From the NCBI GenBank assembly GCA_963797555.1, contig CAWCPV010000017.1, forward strand, positions 32,001 to 96,000: a stretch of DNA of 64,000 nucleotides. The letters run 5' to 3'. Positions 10,445-19,792 of this stretch are shown one piece after another. The position numbers and the translations under genes are program-made. This DNA is from an uncultured Gammaproteobacteria bacterium (GTDB lineage Bacteria > Pseudomonadota > Gammaproteobacteria > CAWCPV01). Each line of letters starts with the position of its first letter. Position 1 is the stretch's first letter. Under the pieces are notes generated by a model, which was given only the letters and a program-made list of their open reading frames with translations, did no database searches and was not told where the DNA came from.

Positions 10445-11377
10445 CTTGCCGTCGCGGTGATAGCCATAGGCCCCGAGCTCATTTTGCTCGCCTTCCAAGT
10501 AAGAGGAGCTGACATCGTATAACATCAGAGCCGGCGTCTCGCCCGTGCGGCGCACCGCGTCCTGATACAGTCGATCCTCGATGGCCTGCTGCTGTGAGGC
10601 CGCCCAATCCAACGCCTCATAGAGTGCGTTCTCATCGAAAGCGCTTAGCCCAAGCACGGCTTGCACCGCGTGATCGAGCGCCCAGCGGACAGTCGCGAGC
10701 CCTGATGCCCAATGCGCGCCAGCACCAAAAACAGCACCAGTTTCGCCATCCGGGAGTCGCCCAAAGACTCCTGTATTGCGCCCTGGCGGGCCAGCTCCCT
10801 CAGCACGAATAACAGCCCATAGATGGCGCCACAGATCGTTTCCTTGACCGCCATGGCCTGCCCTGCCAAGGCCTGGCGAATGTGCTCGATCACCTCCCTC
10901 GGTAGTTTGCTCAGATTCGCCAAAGTGCGCTTCTTGACCTTGCCCTGCTCGCGATAGGACTCGCGCAGCAGCACGGCGGGAGGCGATTGTCGATTGGGCA
11001 CGACGTCGATGTACATGGCCACGACTATTCCACATACTTACCAGCATGTCAATGTACTCACCTGACGATACCGACCACTTCCATGGGTACTTCACGATGT
11101 GCGAAACTACCCTGAAGCCCGCTCAGCCAGCAGCTTTCACGCCACTTCGCAGTGCGATCCTTGGGGGAAGATCCGTCCGAGGCCAAAGACGCTGCGCCAG
11201 CGCACCGAAAGTGCGCCCTTGACAACACCGGGACGCGTTACCAGACCTGCATCCGGAAGCGGGGGATAGAAAACGGGGGGTGTCACACCGGGCGCCGCGA
11301 CTTCAACTTGGCGGGAAAGCTTAAGAACCGGACTAGACACCCCCTTGCCCGATTGGGCAAGCCCAGGCTGGTTTGTC

Positions 11378-11581
11378 CTACTTGGGCTGCGTGCGAGCGA
11401 GGCTCCACAGCCAGAAACTCAGGCCGCCCAAGATCACGAAGGCCACGGCGCTTGGCCACAGTGGCAGCAGATGACCAGCCACCAGCACTTGAGGGCGTAT
11501 GATGAGCCGCGCCAATTGCGCTATGGCTATTAACCCAAACAGAATGCTCGCCACTCGCACTCCGACGACTTGTGAGTTCAT
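11378..11581 (-). CDS. Small two-TM membrane hypothetical protein
   Basis: Strong RBS (AAGGAGGTGA) upstream; two hydrophobic segments. Confidence 0.6.
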   Translation of the reverse strand: MNSQVVGVRVASILFGLIAIAQLARLIIRPQVLVAGHLLPLWPSAVAFVILGGLSFWLWSLARTQPK

Positions 11582-11734
11582 GACGTTGTCACCTCCTTGA
11601 TTTCGTCCTACTTCACCCTAGCCTGATACTCGCCTCACACTCACCTTCAGCCGCCCGCCGGGCAACGGAAAGCGCAATACCATCTACCGCCAACGGTGAG
11701 CAGCTCCCCGCCGATTGTGCCCACCACGGATCTG

Positions 11735-12313
11735 TCACTGCGGAAGCAGTTCCCGATAGTAGAACAGGACCTTGCTCGTGTACTCGGCGGTCGACCCTTG
11801 GTCATATTGGTCGGGGTCCCCGGTCATCCACCACGCAGCGGATCGCCTCACCGCGAGGGTCTCGTCGCGGGTGTGCTGTAGCTCCTTGTCAAGTTGCCTT
11901 GCCATGACACACTCAACGACGGCACGAGCCTCCGTTGCGTTCGCCGCGAACTCCTGTGGCGTCAGCTCCTTGCCAAGGCAGCGCCGGGACCAATCGGGGA
12001 TAATCGCCGCCTTGACCTTCCAGGCGCTGTAAAGATCTGCCTTATCGGTGCGCGGAGCCGCGAGCTTCAGAGCACCTGCAAGGGCTCGTGCGCGGGCATC
12101 CGTGCTTTGGTCGCTAGCCGGTACTAGTGCCGATGCCGCCCAAACCACGAGGGCAACCGTCAGCCAATGCCCGAAGGCGGCCATGCCACTTTTTGAAGAC
12201 GGACTCCTAAGGTGATAGGACATCAAGGCTCTCCGCCTCTTGCCGGATCTTCCGTTGCCGGGGACAGGATGCTTGTATCCCCGCTGTTCAATCATACCAG
12301 GTACCGGGCGCAC
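11735..12313 (-). CDS. Exported hypothetical protein (true start probably near 12185)
   Basis: Signal-like MAAFGHWLTVALVVWAASALV; conserved-looking core WSRRCLGKELTPQEF..AAWWMTGD..YTSKVL. Confidence 0.55.
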   Translation of the reverse strand: MRPVPGMIEQRGYKHPVPGNGRSGKRRRALMSYHLRSPSSKSGMAAFGHWLTVALVVWAASALVPASDQSTDARARALAGALKLAAPRTDKADLYSAWKVKAAIIPDWSRRCLGKELTPQEFAANATEARAVVECVMARQLDKELQHTRDETLAVRRSAAWWMTGDPDQYDQGSTAEYTSKVLFYYRELLPQ

Positions 12314-12419
12314 CGATTCCCGCGGTTGATCGGCGTGGTCGCGCTACCCACCCTGGCTAATGCCGAACGCGGGTCACACTCGTACAACCGACGTTCGAAG
12401 GAAGCCAGGCGAGGTTCGA

Positions 12420-12690
12420 TGCTTGGCATCAGGCTATGTGCGAGCAGCTCTGCACCGTTTATGCTGCACACGGATTCTCATCCTTCTGCATAGGCCAAGC
12501 CCAGAAGTGGGTGAACATAGCCTTCAATATGTGCATGTCTTTGGCGAACAGCGTCTGCCTGGCTACGGCCGCCTCTATACCTTCGGGCGTGTGCCGATTG
12601 ACAACATTGTTCTACGGGAACTTCACTCCTATGGCGCTGCGAGGCTATCGGGGGCATGGAGCCGAGTCCGCGACTACGATGAGTACATGG
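12420..12690 (+). pseudogene. Fragment of hypothetical gene
   Basis: GQAQKWVN followed in another frame by VPIDNIVL..AWSRVRDYDEY; no intact ORF. Confidence 0.35.
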
Positions 12691-12699
12691 GTTCCAGCG

Positions 12700-12802
12700 T
12701 CGATACAGTCCAGCCGGACCTTCAGCTTCCCGTCGTGGTACAGGACGCGGATGGTGTCGCCCGTCGTGGATAGAGACCGCCTTGTCCGTGTACTCCATGG
12801 CC
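12700..12802 (-). pseudogene. Second thermonuclease 5' fragment
   Basis: Clear nucleotide similarity to 5226-5328 (MEYTDKAVSIHDG.DTIRVLYHDGKLKVRLDCID). Confidence 0.7.
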
Positions 12803-12969
12803 AGTGGCCGGTCGACAGTCAAGCCTATTCCTCGCCCTACTGCCGTTGCTCCCGGCCCCTGGCTAAGGAGGGGGCGGGCTAAACCACGCTTCTTGCCGCC
12901 CAGCCGCTCGCATTCAGGAAATGGTGGGCCGTTGTCACCGAGCGATTGCAGTTGGCCGGTCTCCCACCT

Positions 12970-13806
12970 TTAGAAGGGAGCCAATAGCTGCGGGTTAACT
13001 ACTAGCTTCCTGATTCCGTGGGCATGGTCTTCCTGAAAGACGTTATCCTTGCACCACTCGCTGACGCTGTTGATGTCGACCTTCGCGCACTGGGGGCGCA
13101 CGCTCCAGGTCACCTGCAGCGGGGAGCAGGTGCTTTCGGAGTATTGGGGGCCAGTGGTGGAACCCAGGTACTGGACAGGGGCTCCGGTATCACTCGGCAA
13201 CGCCTTGGCTTGAGGGTAGCCGTTGACGATGTTGCCCCTGTACGCGTAATCCATGAAGTTCAGGGCCTTCGGATCGTTGACCACGGTGAATACCTGGGCC
13301 TCGACCCGCAGGTTGGGATTGGAGCATTGCTGCGACAGGCAGGAACCGAGGCCCTTACCAGGCTTCACGTCGCAGGAACTGTACACCCAGTGCACCTCGA
13401 TGGTGTCACCGGGCCTTAGGTCCTTGCAGTGATTCTCGGCAGGCGCCTTCAATTCAGATTCGGAGAGGCTCTTGCTGATGTCGCACTGGAACCCTCCGCC
13501 GTGGCCGTGATCGCCGTCACTGACCAAGATAGAAAAGTCCTTCGCCTTGTGCTCCGCCGGGCTGTGGAAATGGATGTTGCAGAGATTCATTCTCTGGTAA
13601 CCGGGCGCCAGGGAGAACACGCTTCTGTTCTCTCCCCCGCCGCTGTCGATGTCGCGGGGCGCCTGAGGCCCGAAACCGACACAGGCCGGTCCAGCAGTGG
13701 GCGCCGCATGAGCAGCCGATGGGGCGGCGTCGCCAGCAACGCCGTTGGTTGACAAGAGACTGAGTGCCAAGATCGCACAGGCGTGACCGCACTTGACTGG
13801 TTGCAT
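12970..13806 (-). CDS. Exported delta-class carbonic anhydrase-like protein
   Basis: Signal peptide; GFGPQAPRDID, LCNIHFHSPAEHK, GDTIEVHWVYSSC, YLGSTTGP, CSPLQVTWSV, DHAHGIR. Confidence 0.8.
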   Translation of the reverse strand: MQPVKCGHACAILALSLLSTNGVAGDAAPSAAHAAPTAGPACVGFGPQAPRDIDSGGGENRSVFSLAPGYQRMNLCNIHFHSPAEHKAKDFSILVSDGDHGHGGGFQCDISKSLSESELKAPAENHCKDLRPGDTIEVHWVYSSCDVKPGKGLGSCLSQQCSNPNLRVEAQVFTVVNDPKALNFMDYAYRGNIVNGYPQAKALPSDTGAPVQYLGSTTGPQYSESTCSPLQVTWSVRPQCAKVDINSVSEWCKDNVFQEDHAHGIRKLVVNPQLLAPF

Positions 13807-14159
13807 CGTGCTTGTCTCCTTGTGGATTAGTCCCTATCGAGGACCGGGTGCGGGCGTCTGGAGGTTATTAGGAACGCCGCCGCAGCGCGTGCCGTGTCCG
13901 GCATCGAGGAGAAGGAGCAGCTACAAGCCTTGCTCCTGTGCCAACGTCGGGGACGCCCAACTCGCGTCAGCCTGCTGGAAGAAACGATGTGACGACGGCC
14001 TTCATCGCCTCTCTCCCAGCGGAACGGATTGGAAATTCAGCCGTATGTGGCGGGAAAAGCGTAGTCCTGGGGGCGCGGGACTGTCAAGGCTCGGGCGAGG
14101 GGGACAGCTCGGGAGCGCGGGTTGAGGCGCTCGGTGGTGTCCGGGTCCGGACCCGCGGG

Positions 14160-14245
14160 TACACTCGACCCAGAGCTGGGAGTTCCGGGCCGTGGGCAGG
14201 GCGTAGTAGGAGCTGTCCACCTCGACAATGGGGAACTGGCTCGCT
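14160..14245 (-). pseudogene. DUF72-domain fragment
   Basis: ASQFPIVEVDSSYYALPTARNSQLWVE matches the DUF72 N-terminal motif; isolated fragment. Confidence 0.6.
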
Positions 14246-14305
14246 CCTAGCAAGCCCTTCTCTTGGCCCTTGGCGACGATGCGACGGCGGTGGTTGACGT
14301 GCCGT

Positions 14306-15054
14306 CTAATCCCCATGCAGCGTGAACTTCCGGCGCACCGACTTTGTCGCCACCTGAAGCCCGCGCACGGTCACCTCAAGCTGGTACTCGCCGGCCTGAT
14401 GGACTTCGTGAAGTGGGACGTCAATATCGCACTGTGTGTGTTCGTGGTCGACGGCAAGCTGGAAGGTCTGCTCTTCGTGATCCGGCGTGGCACCGCTCGG
14501 GAATCGACAGAGCGCGTGCACCTCCAGCATCGCGGTCAGCTCATGCGGGAGGTTGAGCCGCAGGTGCCAGAAGAACTGCCGCGACAGTACCGCGTTCGGG
14601 CCGGCCATGCCCGGCGGGGGCGGCTCACCTGGAGGCGGTGGAAGTGGTTTGGGAATCGATGCATCGGATCGCAACCCAAGGCATCTCCCCTCCAGTCGCG
14701 CCCATTCTCTCCCTGAACGAGCAAGTTCTCCCCACACTGCACTGGGAGCTGGAATTGCCATTCACGCTTGCCGAGCAGCGGCGTATTCGGCCAGTTCCAA
14801 GAGTCGTACGCCCCGACCTCCAGTTGAGTACCCACCTCGCAGTGCACGTCGAATGTCCGGCACATCCACTCGCTCAAGTCTGGGACAAAGACCGGGGCAA
14901 GAACCGTTGCCAGGACCGCCGCGGCTCCCACCAGGATGGCGACAGCGATGGTGTGTTGGGTGTCTTCGCTGGGGGGCATATGGACCATTGCATCTCGTTG
15001 GGATAGAGCCGCCGTCGCGCGCACTGCCTCAGCCCTTCTGCGTTCGACCTCCAA
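14306..15054 (-). pseudogene. Membrane-anchored hypothetical gene, probably one frameshifted ORF (14536-15054 + 14306-14761)
   Basis: TM segment in the 5' ORF; Pro-rich linker and beta-rich domain in the overlapping 3' ORF. Confidence 0.35.
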
Positions 15055-15244
15055 GCAGGATATCCAGCTCCCTCTCCGTCACCCCGGCTTCTTTGGCCAG
15101 TTCGGTCCACTGGCACACGGCTTCGTGCCGCTCCCTGACTTCATGGACCTTGCGGTTGGCGATCTCCGCTGCCGCTCGACGGCGCAGGTCCAGGAGTTCG
15201 TCCTCCGGAAGGGTACGGAGGTACTTCGCGAAGCTACGTGGCAT
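15029..15244 (-). CDS. H-NS-like N-terminal (oligomerisation) domain-only protein
   Basis: LPEDELLDLRRRAAAEIANRK..E....ELAKEAGVTERELDILL resembles the H-NS N-domain; no C-terminal TWxGxGR DNA-binding motif. Confidence 0.5.
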   Translation of the reverse strand: MPRSFAKYLRTLPEDELLDLRRRAAAEIANRKVHEVRERHEAVCQWTELAKEAGVTERELDILLGGRTQKG

Positions 15245-15420
15245 CGATATCTAGACTCCTTATCTTCTTGAGGGTGAAGGGACCGAATCCTTGGGGCGAG
15301 ACGCGCTATGGCGACGGGGAGTGGCCGCACCGGATCTTCCGCACCGAGGCGAGGTTCACCCAGAGGACAGGGAAATTTGCGGGCAATCCAGCCCTTGGAG
15401 CGGGGATCTTAGCCTAAACG

Positions 15421-15817
15421 GGTGTAGGGTGTACCTTGGTGTAGGCTCTCGGGTTATGTTGAGAAATAAAAAAGATCCCTATAGGGAGAACAAAATGGTG
15501 TGTACTACACCTGGGTACACCGCTGCAGATCGCCCTCTATGCCGAGGCGCATGTCGATCTGTGTCGTTCCTGCCCGCCGTCCTCCGACGCACGGAGCGAA
15601 CTGGAATGGCTCGGTCAATGCTAGCGGAACCGGTCTCCTAAGGGCTTCCGCACTCCATCGTCGGGAGCTACCAGAGCCCACACCTGCCCTCCTGTGTCGT
15701 TCAGCGAATTTGTAATTAGCATGTCGCAGGTTCGAATCCTGTCGCCAGCTCCACTCTCCCAGGGGATTTGCTAAGTCGCTATCAGCAAGGAAGGAGTCGG
15801 GACTACACCGGGTACAC
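15421..15817. repeat. TACACC arm-type repeats flanking the tRNA att core
   Basis: GGTGTA x3 at 15421-15443; ACTACACCTGGGTACAC at 15504-15520; ACTACACCGGGTACAC at 15802-15817. Confidence 0.65.
15707..15753 (+). other. 3' half of tRNA-Thr(TGT): att core of an integrative element, not a functional tRNA
   Basis: TT-TGT-AA anticodon loop, T-arm GCAGGTTCGAATCCTGT and acceptor strand CGCCAGC-T-CCA; the matching 5' strand GCTGGCG and the D-arm are absent. Confidence 0.85.
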
Positions 15818-15969
15818 AAACGCGGGAGGTTTCACCCCCGCTCGGTACCCCCTCGATCACTACCCAGTCACCCCCTCCTGACGGTATCTCGTCATCCGAC
15901 GACACAGACAACCTTGCGGCACATGGGTTTGCTGCGTCAATTCGATTGATCTAGCCTCAATCAACTCCC

Positions 15970-16258
15970 TTATAGCCATCCTCTCCCCGCGCGAATCTCT
16001 CTGTCTCCATCCTAGTCCGCTCCCCCAGGTTTTACCATCCTCACCACGTACAATCGTCTACGGAACGAGATCTCTCACCTGGCTATAGGATGGTACTACC
16101 CCTCCGCTCTCATCCACCCCAGCACGTTCCATCCTCACCCCCTCTGTCATTCTCCGCTCAAGCTCCATCCTCTCCGTCAACCCCTCCGCCATCCACCCCT
16201 CTTCACTCCGGGCCGATCTTCCGGCCATGTCCCCCTCCGGGCCATGTCCCCCTCCGGG
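15970..16258. repeat. Pyrimidine-skewed tract with dispersed CCATCC motifs and a 17-bp tandem repeat
   Basis: CCATCC(T/A) near 15976, 16007, 16035, 16129, 16165, 16189; GGCCATGTCCCCCTCCG x2 at about 16223-16257. Confidence 0.6.
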
Positions 16259-16593
16259 TCTGCCTAGCATGTGCCCTGTCGCTACCGAATAGCATTTTAT
16301 CCGTCGTGCGGCAGCATGATGGATAAAATGTGTTGAACTGAACCGCTGGATTCAGGCGGCCGGCCTATGGGGATGGTATGGGGGCAGTCCCGGGTTGGGG
16401 CCGCTTGGGGTGTGGCTGGTCGGGTGGTTATGTGGTGCATGGACCGCTCTCGCGGTCTCGGTCGGGTGTGATGTCCCCCGCCAGGCACTATGGCAAAGGT
16501 GCCGTGTACGGGTCAAGGGCTGGGGAAGACCAAAGGGGACTGTGGCCGGCTTGCAGGGAAGCGGTCGAGGGAGGCTTGGGCGGGTGAGGGTCG

Positions 16594-17811
16594 TCATGAG
16601 AGCCGTGGGGGTCCGGTCGCTTTCGGGGTGGGGGGTGTAGCCCTGAGCGGTGCCCCGAGGACTACCCGCGTGAGCCGCCCTTCTGCGCAGTAGGGGCAGC
16701 GCTGGATATCGATGCCGGTGAGGCGCAGCATGGTTTCCTGCGCCGACTCCGGTTCCCGCGGTTGCGGCGCTGGCTGGCCGAGAGCCGCCCGGCACCCGTC
16801 CAGGCGCTCGGCGCGGCATCGGTTCGCCAGCAGTCCGTAATGGCGGATACGCATGAAGCCGGGGGGGAGTACGTGGAGCAGGAAGCGGCGGATGAACTCC
16901 TCGGCCCCAAGACGCATCACCTTCACCCGATTGCCCCGGGCGTAGTCGCGGTAGCGGAAACGCACCGTGTCGTCTTCGAGATCGAGGAGCCGCTCGTGGC
17001 TGATCGCGATGCGGTGGGTATAGCGCCCGAGGTAGGCCAGCACCTGCTCGGGACCGGCGAACGGAGGCTTGGAGTAGACCACCCAGTCCTGGGAGCGCAG
17101 CTCGGTAAGAAAACGGGCAAAGCCCGGGGGCTCGACGAGCCCCGCCAGCTCGCCGGTGAAGCGCAGCTCGCCTCGCCCGTGGGCCGCCTGCAACGCTTCC
17201 AGGTACTTGCCCCGGAACACCCGGGAGAGCGCCCGGACCGGAAACAGGAAGCCTCGCTTGGCGGGAATCCAGCGGGCGTCGACGGAGAGCGCCCCGCCGG
17301 TCACGACACAATGCACGTGGAGGTGTTGGCCGAGGTTCTGGCCCCAGGTGTGCAGCACCAGGGTCGCTCCGAGATCCCCGCCGAGCCACCGGGGATTTCT
17401 GCCGAAGCTGAGCAGCGTCTCGGAGGCGGCCTGAAACAGCAGCCCGTAAACCACCCGTGGGTTGCCCTGTGCCAGCGGGTTGAGGGTATGCGGCAAGGTG
17501 AACACCACGTGGAAGTACTCCACCGGCAAGAGTTCCGCACAGCGCGCCTGCAGCCAGTGCTCCTTGGCCAGCGTCTGGCCCTTGGGGCAGTGGCGGTTAC
17601 GGCAGGAGTGGTAACGCAGCTCGATGCGCCCGCAGCGGTCGCACTGCACCGCTTGAGCGCCCAGGAGCGGCGTGCGGCAGGCCACGATGGCCCGCATCAC
17701 CCGGTGCTGCTGAGCGCACAGCCGATGGGTCGCCCGGAAGCGCTCCCCGTGGGCGCGGAAGATATCCGCCACCTCCAGCCGCCGCCCCGCCGGCGCGGGA
17801 CGGGTGCACAC
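16594..17811 (-). CDS. IS91-family rolling-circle (HUH/Y2) transposase
   Basis: SCRNRHCPK zinc-binding motif, YFHVVFTLP, LHTWGQNLGQHLHVHC (HUH), YLGRYTHRIAIS, GFMRIRHYGLLAN. Confidence 0.92.
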   Translation of the reverse strand: MCTRPAPAGRRLEVADIFRAHGERFRATHRLCAQQHRVMRAIVACRTPLLGAQAVQCDRCGRIELRYHSCRNRHCPKGQTLAKEHWLQARCAELLPVEYFHVVFTLPHTLNPLAQGNPRVVYGLLFQAASETLLSFGRNPRWLGGDLGATLVLHTWGQNLGQHLHVHCVVTGGALSVDARWIPAKRGFLFPVRALSRVFRGKYLEALQAAHGRGELRFTGELAGLVEPPGFARFLTELRSQDWVVYSKPPFAGPEQVLAYLGRYTHRIAISHERLLDLEDDTVRFRYRDYARGNRVKVMRLGAEEFIRRFLLHVLPPGFMRIRHYGLLANRCRAERLDGCRAALGQPAPQPREPESAQETMLRLTGIDIQRCPYCAEGRLTRVVLGAPLRATPPTPKATGPPRLS

Positions 17812-17814
17812 TGC

Positions 17815-18224
17815 CTAGAACTGCGTGGGGCTCTCGGGGATCTCCAGCAGATCGAGCGGCGAGGCGGTGCCGGTGAGATGCGGCCTTGCCAGGTGAAAGT
17901 AGCGCAGGGTAGTGCTGAGGTGCCCGTGGCCCAACAGGCGCTGGATAGTGTGCAGATCCACTCCCGCCTCCAGCAAGTGGGTGGCGAAGGCATGCCTCAG
18001 CCCGTGGATGCCGCAGCGACGATGTTGCAGGTGCTGCTGGAAAGTCCCCGCTCCGGAAGCCCGTGCAGCAGGTAGCTCTGTACCTCGGGCTCGGAGATCT
18101 CATCGGGGCGGCGTCGGTAGAACCTGGCCAGACCCCGGACCGCATTGAGATAAGCCTCGCGGGTGCGCACCGCCATCCCCCGCAGCACCACGTCGTTGTC
18201 CATCTTCGTGCGTAGCTCGCTCAT
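17815..18224 (-). pseudogene. Tyrosine recombinase with large internal deletion
   Basis: SAM-like N-terminus (RTREAYLNAVRGLARFY) joined near 18015 directly to [24 protein letters not shown]. Confidence 0.85.
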
Positions 18225-18536
18225 GACCGCCTCCTTTCAAGCAGTGAGTGGGAAAGACCCACGCAAAGCTTGGCAGAGCGCTCATGAGACCTCGCAAAAC
18301 GTCAGGCGAAGATGGCGATCCGGCCAATGGCCGGCCGCATTACAGCGCCAAAATAGCGGAGCAGTTCAGCCAGAAACAATGCGAAAACGTCAGGGAAACG
18401 AAACCACCGCGTAAGCGGTTTAGTTCAACTTAAAGATTAGACCGCCGTAGTGGTAGCATTGAAGTAGACTCTTGCGGTCAGACGGCTGATATTACGCAAG
18501 AGCCAAGGCCGCTCCAGCGCGGCGAAAGAGAAACGG

Positions 18537-19564
18537 ATGCAACCTCAGCTCGACTTGCGTACGGGACGGCGGATGCTTCTGGCTGACTGGTTTGGTCGCC
18601 TCGGGCGAGACGCTGGCCTATCTCTGAGTCAGTACGGGTCCAGTGGCGACGCTTTCACTGTTGGATCGCCGAACGAGTTCAATGTTACGGCCAAATTCTG
18701 CGACCAGCCTCCATACCTTACGTTCGTCGCTAGCGATCCCGCTCGCCAAGAACTCGTAGACAGTCTCGCCCAACAAGCGTTTGCTCGCGTCGAGGACCGG
18801 AAACTTTGGCGAAACTGTGTGGCACTCCGCATGTATGCCTGCGGTCGGGTTTCAAGTTACCTTACCGTTTTCTATGGGGTCTTTCGTCCAGCAGCTAGGT
18901 AGTCAAACTCGTATCGCGGGCTGGCGCCGCTTGGGTCGTGATGTGCTTCTGGAGTTCACTGAGGAACTTCCTCCTGATTGGAACGAGAAACGCGCCCTTC
19001 GCCCCGAAAGCAGTAGTTCACGCGCACATCGCTTGGTGATGCCCGCCTTGCGCTTGGCTGCATAGTAAATCTTCTGGGCCGAACGCGGATCGATGGGATG
19101 CACCCCATCTCGCAGGGGAAAGAGCCAGTGCTTGGGCCGATAAGCCATCCAGTAGCGGCGAACAGCCGCTTGATCTCCTCGCGGCTCAGGATCTCGGGAA
19201 GCCTGGAGGGCTGTCGGGGGCTCGGCAGACAGAACGCCGTGCCCGCCCCATGCCATGGGCACTTCTCTGCTTACGTAGCGCATGCCGCGTTGGATGTCGT
19301 GGCTGCTATCTGCACGTTTGCGCTTGGTCGTGGTTGCGCTTCCTCCCTCTGCCTTCCCAAGCGGACCCGAAAAACTCGCTGAGCTTGTCGCGAAGCACAC
19401 AGATACGAACGTGCTAACCCTTGCGCGCAAGCATGTGTCTCTAGACATCTTCAGCCAGGTCGGGACCCCAGGAGGTTTCGACCACTTTGCGCGCGTGCGC
19501 GCAGCATTCCTGACATTCGACGCAGCGGTACAGCAACAACGTGATGCTGTGGCCTGTATCCTAA
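18537..19564 (+). pseudogene. Hypothetical gene, frameshifted and interrupted by mobile-element fragments
   Basis: Consecutive ORF pieces 18537-18902, 18781-19065 and 19282 onward; reads VHAH|..|AVPAPCHGH across the 19030-19235 insert. Confidence 0.45.
19025..19203 (-). pseudogene. Internal tyrosine-recombinase fragments
   Basis: LPEILSREEIKRLF fused to RYWMAYRPKHWLFP..SAQKIYYAAKRKAGITKRC. Confidence 0.75.
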
Positions 19565-19787
19565 AGGTGGTTCTAGTGGGCAATCGGGGCATGATCAAGG
19601 CCCAAGGCAAGGAGCGCCTGAATCAAGCGCATCTGAAGTACATTACGGCGCTCACCGACCCGCAGATCCGAAAACTCATTAAACAGGACGTTCCTTCAGC
19701 CCGATCTCTTCGATGAGCATGTGGTGGAGGTCCATCACCAGGGAAAGCGCTTGGTACTTCGCCGTGATCCGGCCACCCAACGCAAGG
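19565..19787 (+). repeat. Near-identical inverted copy of IS1634 transposase internal segment 8620-8841
   Basis: About 222 bp matching except one insertion and one substitution seen by eye. Confidence 0.9.
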
Positions 19788-19792
19788 CCCTC

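Larger units (their letters stand above)
7980..11022 (-). pseudogene. IS1634-family transposase, frameshifted and interrupted by IS66
   Basis: N-terminus MYIDVVPNRQSPPAVLLRESYREQGKVKKRTLANLS; LYDVSSSYLEG; YKDLQTVERNFRRLK. The usual GDRG motif reads GNRG. Confidence 0.9.
16292..18430 (-). mobile_element. IS91-family element of the tyrosine-recombinase + Y2 transposase type
   Basis: Integrase-transposase pair; GCGGTT(C/T)AGTTCAAC at both ends in inverted orientation (16332-16346, 18415-18429); terminal hairpin CATTTTATCC..GGATAAAATG at 16293-16330. Confidence 0.8.

Noticed and set aside
15660-15753. Complete tRNA gene
   Set aside because: 5' acceptor strand and D-arm are missing and the anticodon stem is mismatched.
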